Part shown: positions 51,381 through 64,000 of the stretch, piece by piece
How the letters are laid out: each line of letters opens with the position of its first letter
Numbering within the stretch: position 1 is the stretch's first letter
NCBI GenBank assembly: GCA_951406725.2
Contig: OX597834.1
Location: 35,030,001-35,094,000 of the forward strand
Direction of reading: 5' to 3'
Length of the DNA stretch: 64,000 nt
From: Octopus vulgaris
Taxonomy: Eukaryota
Position numbers and translations under genes: made by a program
The notes under the pieces: generated by a model
What the model saw: the letters and a program-made list of their open reading frames with translations, nothing else
Database searches by the model: none
Told to the model about the DNA's origin: nothing

Positions 51381-52123
51381 TACTATTATTGAGGTTATAA
51401 TAAATATATATATATGCTTTTGGTGCGAATTGCTTTATTATACGGTGCCGTATTTTACAATCCTGTATATAATAATAATGGTATCTTTATATACGCTTAA
51501 ATGTTTTAATAAATAAGGTACAATGATAATTAGATGAAGAAGAATTACAAAAAATGGAGGGGAAGTAGGAGGAGAAGGATGTAGTGGTGGAGAGACAGAG
51601 GAAGGAGGAGGAGAAGAAGCACAAGAAATGGGAGGAGGAAGAGAAAGCAGAAGAAGAGTCGAAGGCAGCGAACACAGGTAGTGTCTATTTCATTTCCGGT
51701 GTGGGCCATGGGAGGATTTCAGCTCAGGCCAAGAAGCACTTGTTAAACAGTGCCCCACCAAATTCTACACCTGATAATTACATCTAACTCAAGGTATCAA
51801 TTAAAAAGCCAGGTGCACTAAGATGGGGAGAGTTGGGAGTCTTTGCACGGTGACTCAGTGCAGTGCACCAACAGCAACGGTGGTGTTGCGATACAAAACA
51901 CTGACCGACGGAGTGATTAGAGTACTGGTCAACTTTGGTGGGATGGGAGGGGAGGGGCAAATTCAGCAGAAGAGAAATACATATATTATATTATATATAT
52001 GTATGTATGTATGTACATATATATATATATGTGTATGTATGTACATATATATATATATGTGTATGTATGTACATATATATGTATATATGTATGTACATAT
52101 ATATGTATATATGTATGTATGTA

Positions 52124-52154
<31 letters not shown>

Positions 52155-52293
52155 CATCATTTAACGTTCATTGTCCATGCTGGCATATACAGACACACAC
52201 ATACATAGATGCATGCATACACACATACACACACATATATATAAACATCATACACAGACATCACAGACATTAATATACACATATATACTCATG

Positions 52294-52333
<40 letters not shown>

Positions 52334-53986
52334 CATACATATGTGTGTGTGTGTTATATTCATGTGTGTGAGTGCATGTATTTACATGTGTCCATGTATG
52401 TATAGAGGTATATACATGCATGTAATATACACACACAAACACACACACAGGGTAAATGATTGTTCAAAGAATTAGTAATAATTGATTTGAAAGTCTGCCA
52501 AATTAAATATTTCTGCACACATTCAACTTTTACAAGGGAGTGGGTATAACTAACGGAACATCAATCCCAGTGTATTGCTGGTACATATACCATCAACCCC
52601 AGTGTAATATAATCATATATGTCTAATAATCTTCAACTCACAGTAGTAGTAGTAGTAATAACTAAAGCAGTGAGCTGGCAGAATCGTTAGCACGCTGGAT
52701 GAAATGCTTAGCGGTATTTTGTCGGTTGCTACATTCTGAGTTCAAGTTCTGCAAGGGTCAACTTTGCCTTTCATCCTTTCTGGGTCAATAAATTAAGCAC
52801 CAGTGAAACACTGGGGTCAATGTAATCAATTCACCTCGTGCCCTTCTGGCAAAATTTGAAACCATTATTATTATTAGTAGAGGTATTTTTTCCAACTTTA
52901 CGTTCTGAGTTCAAATGTCACTACAGTCAACTTTGCCTTTCATCCTTTCAGGGTCGATCAAATAAGTTGAACACTGGGGTTGATATTAACAACTACCCTC
53001 TCTCCCAAAATTTCAGGCCTTGTGCCTATAGTAGAAAGGATTATCATTTTATCATTATAAAAAAGACTAAAATTATTATTATTATTATTATTACTATTAT
53101 TATTTTCATCCTTTCAAGGTCGATAAAATCAGTACCAGTTATGTACTGGAGTTGATGTAATCGATTTAATTCCTTCCTCCAAATTTCAGGCCTTATGCTT
53201 CCAGTAGAAAGGATTATTATTATTATATAGTCTTTGTGCCTTTAGCAGAAAGAATTATTATTATTATTGTTGTTGTTGTTGTTACTGATGTATTTTTGCC
53301 CTCTCCTCTCTCCCTCACTTTCTGTTGTTTAACACACACTCACACACAAACAAAAAAAAAACTTACAAAAAAATTAAACAAAACCAAAAAAAAAACTTCT
53401 CCATTCACACAACCAGTTCCTTACCCTTGGCTGTCATTAAAATTATGGAATGCATTTCCTAATTCTTTGGTGAAACACTGAAATACATTAGTCAAAGAGT
53501 ACATGATCAACATCTGGGTCACAAGACACTGTCTGTCTGCCTGATTCTCCATCTCTCCCTCTCTCATGCACACATACACATGCATAAAGGTCTGTCTTTA
53601 ACGACATCAATCCTTTACTTTCCATTACATAGAAGGAAAGAAAAACTCGCTAGCTAAAACCAACCAGGATAAAAATGCTAATGAAATTATCAGCTTAAGT
53701 TATCTTGGTAAGCTTTTTGCTTCATGTTCACTTAGCATATCAATAATCAGCAGTCAAAAAATATATTTCATACCTTTATATATATATATATATATATACC
53801 ACACACACACACATGTATAGATACATAGATATATACATATAATACTACTATATATGAATTGAGACAGAAAGAGTGGGGTGATAGGCAGAGTGATTGAAGA
53901 CATTTGCCCCTTTACTTTATATTTGTGTATGTGCAGGGACAGGGCTTTGGAGTAAAAGAAAACATAAAAACATTACGCACACTGAA

Positions 53987-54029
<43 letters not shown>

Positions 54030-54226
54030 TACATACATACATATAGGCATAAGAGTGGATGTGTGGTAAGTAGCTTGCTCACGAACTACATGGTTTTGGG
54101 TTCAGTCCCACTGCATGGCACCTTGGGCAAGTATCTTATGCTATAGCCTTGGGACGACCAAAGCCTTGTGAGTGGATTTGGTAGACGGAAGCTGAAAGAA
54201 GCCTATTATATATATGTGTGTGTGCG

Positions 54227-54257
<31 letters not shown>

Positions 54258-54740
54258 TTGTTTGTTCCCCCAAAGGCAGTGCTCCAGTATGGCCACAATC
54301 AAATGACTGAAACAAGTAAAAGCGTATATATGCCTCTGTCTGCGAGTGTACACAAACATACATGCTTAAACTAATGCATGTACTTAGAAATGGAAACACT
54401 CATTTAAACATACATGCACATAAACACAGATACACATACACACATATATCGACCCAAGAGTACCATGCAAGAATGGATGGATTCCATTCATAATCTAAAG
54501 CTGCTCCAGAAAGAAATTCCTCTTTATTCTATGTCCATTTCAATAAATCTGGAATACAAAAAATAAAATACCGAGACAATTTCAAGCTGATTGACTTGAA
54601 TATTTCCTGAAAATGGTCAAAGAAAAGAAAAGGACAAAACGAAGAAAATATGAGAGAAAGAAAGAAGATATAGTTATAATTCCTGGAGGCAAACAAGAGA
54701 ATAAATTGCTGCCAATTGATATAATGGATATATGAATATG

Positions 54741-55074
54741 TTAAATGCAAATTGCTCGTTTTGTTTGTACACATCACCATCATCGTCATCATCATCATCG
54801 CTAAATCTCTGGGTTCCATGCTAGAATTGGTTGGATCAGTGGTTCTCAACCGGGGTCGATATGGCCCTTCAGGGTCCATATAAGATTTTGCAGTTTAAAT
54901 TTATAAATCGGTTATACTTCTAAAATACACAAAATATTGCTACAATTATTTTCATACAATTTTTAATATTTAAATGCAAATTGCTCGTTTTGTTTGTACA
55001 CATCACCATCATCGTCATCATCATCATTGCTAAATCTCTGGGTTCCATGCTAGAATTGGTTGGATCAATGGTTC
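54741..55074. repeat. 105-bp direct duplication bracketing half of a hAT MITE
   Basis: 54741-54845 is repeated at 54970-55074. The intervening DNA starts CAGTGGTTCTCAACC (hAT TIR) and resembles 12251-12947. Confidence 0.85.
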
Positions 55075-55196
55075 AACAGTATCCAATGAACCCAAGGGAT
55101 GTGATGGCCTCTAGTGCCAGCTTTGGCATGGTTGCTTCCTGCTGAATGCCTTTCCTAATGCCAACCACTTTACAGAGTGTACTGGATACAAACTGA

Positions 55197-55899
55197 AGGG
55201 GAAGATGTTAAGTGGTCGCTAACACTGCTAGAAACAACAGCAAAATCATGCCTCACTATATTTAATAAACAAGGATGAACACATTTGATTATGAAATCTT
55301 AGATAAACTATGATTGATGGTCATGGCAAAAATGCTTTGATCTATTACTGTATTGACCAGACTATTGGATGTTGCTATACACCACTAGTCAACATGAAGT
55401 GAAGTGTCTTGTTCAAGAACACAATTCGTTGCTCGGGCCAGAAATCGAAACCACAATCTTCCGATTAGGAGTCCAACACCCCTAACCACTAAGCCACATG
55501 CCCCAACAGGGATGACCTGAGGTAAGACCAACAGCATTATCCGGCAGGGGAAGATGTTAAGTGGTCGCTAACACTGCTAGAAACAACAGCAAAATCATGC
55601 CTCACTATATTTAAAAAACAAGGATGAACACATTTGATTATGAAATCTTAGATAAACTATGATTGATGGTCATGGCAAAAATGCTTTGATCTATTACTGT
55701 ATTGACCAGACTATTGGATGTTGCTATACACCACTAGTCAACATGAAGTGAAGTGTCTTGTTCAAGAACACAATTCGTTGCTCGGGCCAGAAATCGAAAC
55801 CACAATCTTCCGATTAGGAGTCCAACACCCTAACCACTAAGCCACATGCCCCAACAGGGATGACCTGAGGTAAGACAACAACAACAGCATTATCTGGCA
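55197..55899. repeat. ~350-bp near-identical tandem duplication
   Basis: AGGGGAAGATGTTAAGTGGTCGC starts at 55197 and 55546. About 4 differences were seen between the copies. Confidence 0.95.
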
Positions 55900-56336
55900 C
55901 CAAACAACAGGAGCCTCTAAGTGGTTGATAAAACTGATGGAAATAGCAGCCAAATCATACAACACATCTTCAAGTAAGAAATAAAGACGAACACATTTGA
56001 TAATGTAATCTTAGATAAACAGCATGATTGAAAGTGGGGATGGTCATGGCTAAAACGTCAACTAAAGCCCAACTTGGGAAAAAACAAGTAAGTTACATGT
56101 ATACTTTGACCTTTTGACCTCTGGGTCATTAGTCCAGCATCGTAGTTAGTAGGGCACTAGGCCATCAGAACCACTATTGTAACGGACACAGAATAAACAG
56201 TCTGAATTAATGAAGAAACCTAATTTTCAGACATTAAATCATCAAAACCATTAATCATATGAGATCTAACAAAAAAAAAAAAAAGGGAAAAAACAGCAAG
56301 AATAATGGTCTTTTGTATCACTCGTTAATTGAAAAG

Positions 56337-56930
56337 AATATACATATATATACATATACACATATACATACATATACACATACACACACATACATATATT
56401 CATATATATATACATATAACATATATATACATATATATACACATATATATATATATACATATACATATATATACATATATACATATACACATATATATAC
56501 ATATATACATATACACATATATATACATACACATATATATACATATATACATATACACATATATACATATACACATATATATACATATATACATATATAT
56601 ACATATATACATATACACATATATATATATATATATATACATATATACATATACACATATATATACATATACATATACACATATATATACATATACATAT
56701 ATACATATATATACATATACACATATACATATATATACATATACACATATACATATACACATATACACATATACACATATACATATACACATATACATAT
56801 ACACATATACACATATACATATACACACATATACATACACACATATACATACACACATATATACATATACACATATATACACTATACATATACATACATA
56901 TATTCATATGCATATACACATATGATAGAT
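56337..56930. repeat. (TA/CA)n compound microsatellite, ~600 bp
   Basis: Continuous ATATAC/ACAT repeats; source of the Y/I/H/T and M/Y/V/C ORFs. Confidence 0.95.
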
Positions 56931-57352
56931 ATATAAAGAAAACTCCTTTCATCATCTTTGATTCGTTCTTCAGTTAATTAGCAATTTTGTTCCTTTGGTT
57001 AATTAATCAACAAAGAACCCATCATTTGGAAACAAGAGATAGTATCTAAATCGTTAAAAACAAAAATGAAATGAAATAGGAAGAGGAAGGTAGACCGGTA
57101 GCTTATTTAATAGCACCATCCGGGATGAGGTCATATCTGGAGAGGATTAAAACAAGGAGTGGAGAAGTAAAGAACTCGGTAAGTAAGTACGTAAGAAGCA
57201 GAGTTTGTTGTTGTTGTTGTTGTATATTTTATCAAAGAGTACAATTGTTGACACTAAATGAATAAGTGAACAATTCATAAAGGCTTTGAAAAGAGCCTGG
57301 TAAGAAAGATAGACATCAAGCAATGGCTGAAGGAAGATTCGGCAACAGGAAA

Positions 57353-57388
<36 letters not shown>

Positions 57389-57694
57389 TAGATTAGTAGC
57401 AAGGGGTCAAGAGCACTTGAACAACAACCAATATCACAAATGTAATAGACATTTTCCGAGCAGTGAATCAGGCATTTTGCACGTCCACATCATTATCATC
57501 ATCCTTCTCATCCTCATCAGCATCATCACCATCTCAACATCCTCATCATCCTTCTAATCCTCATCATTCTCATCGTCATCTTCTTCATCTTCATCATCCT
57601 TATCATCATTATCCTCTTCATCTTCATCATCATCATCATCCTCTTCATCATCATCATGCTCATCCCCATTGTAATCATCCTCAGTATCACCGTC

Positions 57695-58132
57695 CTTAGG
57701 CATAGGTAGCCACAACAAAACACACCAGGCATTCCATTCATTTCCCAGCTCAAAGAGGTGAGCCCCATCCTATGCTCAGGTCAAGGCATAGAATGCAACT
57801 CTCAATATCAGTAGTGGGGCCCAACTGCATATGCTGGTTTACCCTCGCTGTCCCATCATACTGGTTCTGTACCCCTTTGAGCAACATCAAATTCATTCAT
57901 CCGTCCACAAACACTCTCCAAGCTTTCCTATCATTTATAAACTCTCTTGGCCCTCTTACTCCAACACCTCCAACCACCAAAGCTTTCCTCACTCCAGCCA
58001 TCAACACAAACCGAGGTCTGCCTCTGGTTCTGCTGCCTACCATTTCTGCCTTTGTCACCTTCCTTACCATCTGCTCCACATCTATCCTCTCCATGTGGCC
58101 AAACCACCTCAAACATTTGTCTATCCTGAAAT
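57695..58132 (-). mobile_element. RTE-clade LINE 3' fragment (second family)
   Basis: RIDKCLRWFGHMERID..GSRTRGRPRF..DRKAWRVFVDG shows the RTE C-terminal motifs LRWFGH, RGRPR and DRxxWR. It is followed by a 3' UTR and a (GAT)-rich tail. Confidence 0.85.
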
Positions 58133-58515
58133 GATGAAAGGCAAAATCTACCTTGGCAGAATTTGAACTCAAAACGTAGCAACAGGCTAAATACCACTAA
58201 GCATTTCGTCCAGCGTGCGAACGATTCTGCCAGTCTGACGCCTTAATAATAATAATAATCCTTTCTACTGGAAGCACAAGGCCCGAAATTTGTGGGAAGG
58301 AGTCAAGTCGATTACATTGAACCCAGTGTGTAACTGGTACTATTTTAATCGACCCTAAAAGGACAAAAGGCAAAGTTGAACTTGGCAGAATGTCAACTGA
58401 GGAGACTGTAAAGACGGACGAAATTCCGATAAGCATTTTGTCCATTGTGCTAATGGTTCTGCCAGCTCACCACCTTAATAATAATGATGATGATGATAAT
58501 GATGATGATGATGAT

Positions 58516-58695
<180 letters not shown>

Positions 58696-59240
58696 GTAGA
58701 TTATGAGTGGGATGGGAAGAAAGGAGAGAATGAGAAAAGGAAAGAGGAGAAGTAGGAGGAGGAGGAGAAGAAGAAGAAAATATTGTGAATATGATTTTCT
58801 GCATTTGCCGCCCCACCAGAAAATGCAAATGAATGAATAAATATGAATAAAGTTCTCAAACAGTGTCTAGTATTGCTTCAGGTTCAAATTAGTAGAAGTC
58901 GACATTATCTGAAATACCATCTGGAAAGATATACATGCATACGTACAAAGCATCATCGTGCCCAACCCATGTTGCCTTCGTCATAGAAATAAAAATGGCT
59001 GTTCAGCCGCTCGCGATGCTGATGATGGTGATGGTGAAGATGATGGTAATGATGATGGTAATGATGATACTGCTCATGTCTGCTTATGCTGATGGACACT
59101 CCCAGTGAAATTGTTGAATGAGATTTTATGACACAAATGCAACCAATCAGACATTTTCATTGTGGCCTGCAGCCTCGATTGTTCCCGGAAGCTGGATGCT
59201 TGACTGTTTAGCAGAAAACCAAGAGGATGTAGCTGTTCTT

Positions 59241-59290
<50 letters not shown>

Positions 59291-59584
59291 TCTTTATTTG
59301 ATTTTGTTCGTTTACTTGTTTCCATCATTAGATTGCGACCATGCTGGGGCACTGTTGTTGAAGGATTTTAGTCAAACGAAATCAACCCCCAGAACTGATA
59401 AATTATTCTAAGCCTGGTACTTATTCTATCAGTCCTTTTTGCTAGACTGCTAAGTTATGGGGACATGAACACAGCAACACAGGGGGTCAAGCAGTGGTGG
59501 GGAACAAACACTGACAAAAAGACACATACACACACAGATACATAAGTATATGCGCGTGTGTGCATATATATATATAGGTATGTA

Positions 59585-60030
59585 TCATCATCAACATCAT
59601 CATTTAGCGTCCGTTTTCCATGCTAGCATGGGTTGGACGGTTCAACTGGGGTCTGTGAAGCCGGAAGGCCGCATCAGGCCCAGTCAGATCTGGCAGTGTT
59701 TCTACGGCTGGATGCCCTTCCTAACGCCAACCACTCCGTGAGTGTAGTGGGTGCTTTTTACGTGCCACCCGCACAGGTGCCAGACGGAGCTGGCAAACGG
59801 CCACGAACGGATGGTGCTTTTACGTGCCACCGGCACGGGGGCCAGGCGAGGCTGGCTCTTGTGCAAGTGGCATGTAAAAAGCACCAACTGAACATGACTG
59901 ATGCCAGTACCTCCTGACTGGCCCCCATGCCGGTGGCACATAAATAGCACCCACTACAGTCTCGGAGTGGTTGGCATTATGAAGGGCATCCAGCTGTAGA
60001 AACATTGCCAGATCAGATAGGATCTCCAGA
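59585..60030. mobile_element. Two family C retroposons in inverted, head-to-head arrangement
   Basis: 59585-59857 (sense minus) and 59866-60030 (sense plus) share about 100 bp of reverse-complementary sequence. Confidence 0.85.
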
Positions 60031-60058
60031 CCTATATGTATGTATATATATATATATA

Positions 60059-60681
60059 TTGGGTCATCCCATAGTGTGGTTTTTTTCAATTGCATGAACT
60101 AAAAGTCGGAAGGGGAAAGGATAAACTACTTGCAACAACTTGCTATAAAAGCTGGTAGTAATTTTACCTTGTCCTTATTCTTAGTGCAAGTTTTGAAGAG
60201 TGCAGTGCAATTTTAATAGTTATTTTTTCAAAGCTATAATGGAAGTGACAAAGAAGCACATTCAGCATATTTTGCTTTATGAGTTCAATAAAGGCAACAA
60301 CACAACGGAAAGTGTGAGGAATATTAATGCAGTGTATGGGAATCAGACAATAAGCATAAGCTGGTGTCAGGCTGGTTCCAGAAATTCTGAGCCAGAAACT
60401 ACAGCCTCATCCTGGAAGATCTGTAGAGATTGATGAAGATGTCCTGCAAACCTTGGTGGAACAAAATCCCATCATAGCTGTTGAAGAACTAACAGAGAAG
60501 CTTGGATTTGGTCATTAAACCATTCATCGACACCTGCTTGCCATTGGAAAAGTCAGCAAATTGGGTTAATGGGTTCCTCACAAACTTTACTATCCTAATC
60601 ATGCACAGGGAGTGAATGTGTGCTCTTCTTTGCTGCCATGTCTCACAAATGAACCAGTTTTGGACCGAAAAGTGATTGGTG
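60059..60681 (+). mobile_element. Mariner element 5' half (TIR plus disrupted transposase N-terminus)
   Basis: Starts after (TA)n with TTGGGTCATCCCATA. ATG at 60239 gives MEVTKKHIQHILLYEFNKGNNTTESVRNINAVYG, then PGRSVEIDEDVLQTLVEQNP..TIHRHLLAIGKVSKLG*WVPHKL (mariner WVPHEL motif). It is truncated just before the first catalytic Asp. Confidence 0.9.
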
Positions 60682-61766
60682 TATACACCCTGTATATACA
60701 CACACACACACAAAATGGTCTTCTTTCAGTTTCTATCTACTAGGCCCACTCACAAGACTTTTGTTGGTCGAAGGCTATAGCAGAAGACACTTGTCCAAAG
60801 TATGACTGATACTGGGGCCACGTAGTTGAGAAGCAAACTTCTTACCACACAGCCACGCCTGTACATATGACAATACAATAAATACTAACATACTAAATAA
60901 TTATAATAGACATATGTCCGCCATAGTTATATTGAACATCTATCTACTCAATGGTGATAAGTAGGCATATCGAATGCAAACTCAATGAATATATTGAATA
61001 GGTGCTCCCTTGAATTGTCTTGAACACGCAATCAACAGATATAATGAATGTATATTCAACGTATATCTACTTATATCGAACACATGTCCAACAGATATAT
61101 TGATCACATGTTCAATACTTGTATTCAACATATGTCATAATCTTTACACTGAACACATGTATACCAGGGTATATGGAGGCTTTCCAGTACATTAGTCTTT
61201 AGTGGACTCTATCAACTTATCCCTCCTCGTTATTATGTAGGTCATCTTTTAAAACATATATGGATGGTAGTGGTGGTGTGGAAGAGGGGGAGAAGTGATG
61301 GTTTTAGTGATTATCTAAAACTGCTTAATATAGATCCCGGGATTAAAGAGGCAATGTAAAAGTCAAAAACAAATTTGGGGCATTAATTTCAAATAATAAA
61401 GTGCAGAGAGAAAGAAACACACACACATATATATGTGTGTCTGAATATATATATATATATGTATGTATGTATGTATGTATAGTGGGAATTTACAAAAAAA
61501 AAGATGAAGATGGGTGTGTGGACAACAAACAGATGTATTAGTTTAATGCTCAGGAAGTAAGAAAGTCTTTTTACATTTTGAGCATGCACTCTTCGGCATT
61601 ATCTGATGGCTTAGCTGGCAGAAACTTCGAAGTTACAGTCAACAATTTTTGTATAAGAATAGTAAATTTGTACTCTACAAATGAATTAGTAACCCATCAG
61701 ATTAATGTAAAATTTCAGCAACTGTTGGAAAACCAATTATAGCAATGACTCAATCAATTCCTAGCA

Positions 61767-61806
61767 ATATCTGAAGAAGGAATTTTTATATTCCAAAATA
61801 TCGTAT
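61767..61806 (+). ncRNA. Degenerate minimal type I hammerhead motif (G12 to A)
   Basis: ATAT [CTGAAGA] A GGAAT-TTTTAT-ATTCC [AAAA] TA [TC] GTAT. Confidence 0.5.
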
Positions 61807-61967
61807 CAGACTATAATTAAACTATGACAGTTATTATAGTCCATTCTGCATTGTTGTGCCATTCAAGACACATTATATTTCACAAACAATTACACAATGC
61901 TTCCAGAAAACTATAATACTCTCCTAATGTAAAATAGTTTTTATTATACCTGAACATAAAAACAAAC

Positions 61968-61998
<31 letters not shown>

Positions 61999-62056
61999 TA
62001 TAAGGAAAAAAAGTCAAAGTAGAAAATGCTAAAATAATTTTATCATAAAAAACATT

Positions 62057-62096
62057 TTAGTACAGGTTTCAGTCGTTGAGACTTTTTCAACTCTAA
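62057..62096 (-). ncRNA. Hammerhead-like motif with a U3-A8 core and imperfect stems I and III
   Basis: Minus strand: TTAGAG [TTGAAAA] AGTC-TCAAC-GACT [GAAA] CCTG [TA] CTAA, close to a (TA)n tract. Confidence 0.45.
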
Positions 62097-62989
62097 GTAT
62101 GGAAAACAATTAAATTTTGGAAAAATTAAATGAAAAGTTTTTTAAAAGAATATTTGAATGGTATTCAAAGACAAGAGGCATTTTCCTTGTTTCTGCCTGT
62201 CTCCGTCTCTCTTGTGGGTTCGAGGTCATTGTAAATTCTTGGCAGAGGCGGAGAAGGAGAATGCAGAAGTGGTATGATAGTAGTAGGATGTTAAATGGTC
62301 AAGTGCCCTGAAAGTGACTTGTGGATGGTAGTAGTGATTGAACTCTTGAGATATCTCTTTTGAATGTATTGTTTTTAATATTTATAATATATGTAACAAT
62401 TTAATGTCCATGTTCCATGCTGGCATGAGTTGGTCTCATTCACTTGTCATTGCCTCTGTGAAGCTAAAAGTTCAGAGATTGTGCTTCACCACTTCATCCC
62501 ATGTCTTTCTGGATCCACCTTTACCATAGGTTCCTTCCAGCTAGAGATCGGCACTTCTTTACACACCTGTCCTCATTCATACACATCACATGACCATACC
62601 AGCACAGTCATCTCTATTTCTTTCAGTCATTTTACTGCAGCCATGCTGGAGCACTGCCTTTTTAGTTGAACAAATCGACCCCAGGACTTATTCTTTGTAA
62701 GCCTGGTACTTATTTTTTCGGTCTCTTTTGCCAAACCTTTAAGTAATGGGGACATAAACACACTGGCAACAGTTGTCAAGCGATGGTGTGGGGGACAGAC
62801 ACACAAACAAACATATATATATATATATATATATATATACCATGAGTTTCAGTTTCCGCCTACCAAATCCACTCACAAGGCTTTGGTTGGCCCAAAGCTT
62901 ATAGTAGAAGACACTTGGCGAAGGTGCCACGCAGTGGAACTGAAACAAGCTTCTTACCACACAACCACTCCTGCACATTATTTATAGCG

Positions 62990-63331
62990 CCACCTCAACT
63001 GGCTTCCATGCTGGTGTCACGTAAAAAGCACCATCCGAATCGTGGCCGATGCCAGTGCCACCTCGACTGGCTTCCATGCCTGTGGCACGTAAAATGCACC
63101 AATCCGACCGTGGCCGTTGCCAGCCTCGCCTGGCACCTATGCAGGTGGCATGTAAAAAGCACCCACTACACTCACGGAGTGGTTGGCGTTAGGAAGGGCA
63201 TCCAGCTGTAGAAACATTGCCAGATAAGACTGGAGCCTGGTGCAGCCTTCTAGCTTCCCAGATTCCCTGGTCGAACCGTCCAACCCATGCTAGCATGGAG
63301 AACGGACGTTAAACGATGATGATGATGATGA
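62990..63331 (+). mobile_element. Family C retroposon with three internal units and a (GAT)n tail
   Basis: Sense-strand copy with CACGTAAAAAGCACC-type units three times, GGAAGGGCATCCAGCTGTAGAAA and GGACGTTAAAC(GAT)n. Confidence 0.85.
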
Positions 63332-64000
63332 TAAAGTCATTAAATGACAGGGAAATAGTTTGATGAAATTTTATTTAACAATAAGAAAATTCTAATATCA
63401 TGGCAATATTTTCTGTAACTTTCTACACTCTTTGTTGTTTTCTCTTGTATTGCACGATATATTCTGTTTTGTAAAATGATACGTTGAGCTTTTTTTATGA
63501 GTACTACAAGATTACTTGAATCCATATATTGTGACACACACACACATATATTACATATATATATATATATTACATGTATATATAAATATATATATATATA
63601 TATACATACACACATTAAATCATTTCTTTAGTTTCTATGGCATCAAATCAATTACGTGTGTGTGTGTGCGTGCGTGTGTAGTGCTGTTTCTTTAGTTTGG
63701 TACCAACCAATTACAAAGCCAACAGCCAAAACTAAACGTTTTAAAAATTTTTTTATTTATTCATTATATTTACTTGCTGTACTAATAGAAGATCAATTTA
63801 GTTTAATTAGTTAACATGGCAACTAAACAGCACCTGCTGCCCATTAACTGTATCTTTATTAATTATCAAAGAGCAGAAGATAAAATACACACACACACAC
63901 ACACATAATTATTTTCCCACTATCTTTCAGAAATAATTCAATAATGGCACATTTACCATATTGTGTAATGGGGGTAGGGATATAGATAAAGGTGTGTGAG

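Noticed and set aside
56259-56955. Long Y/I/H/T and M/C/V/Y ORFs here and at 5032-5568, 8136-8636, 11278-11900, 33342-33776 and 51935-52273
   Set aside because: (CA/TA/TG)n repeats lack stop codons in most frames, so these ORFs are artefactual.
61600-61640. CTGATGG..GAAACTTCGAAGTT hammerhead-like motif
   Set aside because: A9 is altered and stems I and II do not form; only the palindrome is real.

Overview
Eukaryotic, AT-rich, microsatellite-saturated DNA with no confidently recognisable host protein-coding exon. Most long ORFs in the track are artefacts of simple repeats or interspersed repeats. The repeat repertoire looks like intronic or intergenic DNA of an octopod cephalopod; this is inferred from recognised repeat families and not proven. 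It comprises several tRNA-headed SINE families (one with a Nin/Deu-like core), RTE and R4/Dong-like LINE remnants, mariner, hAT, piggyBac and Ginger-like MITEs, and a CpG-decayed tRNA-Asn pseudogene. The most interesting hidden signal is a dispersed set of about 8 type I hammerhead-ribozyme (HHR) motifs in mutually unrelated short inserts. Three look catalytically complete: 9243-9299 minus (compensatory U3-A8 core, GUC site, inside a structured 254-bp insert flanked by a putative TSD), 18197-18271 plus and 40061-40101 minus. The others are damaged by point changes, often CpG transitions. One HHR forms the 3' tail of a tRNA-headed SINE. Further observations include a tandem H-type-pseudoknot-like motif in an RTE-associated repeat, a mariner relic with D35D spacing, a LINE-derived 45-bp fold-back hairpin, inverted repeat pairs (potential ADAR substrates) and local duplications. 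All RNA structures were folded by eye and repeat boundaries are approximate unless a TSD or TIR is cited.
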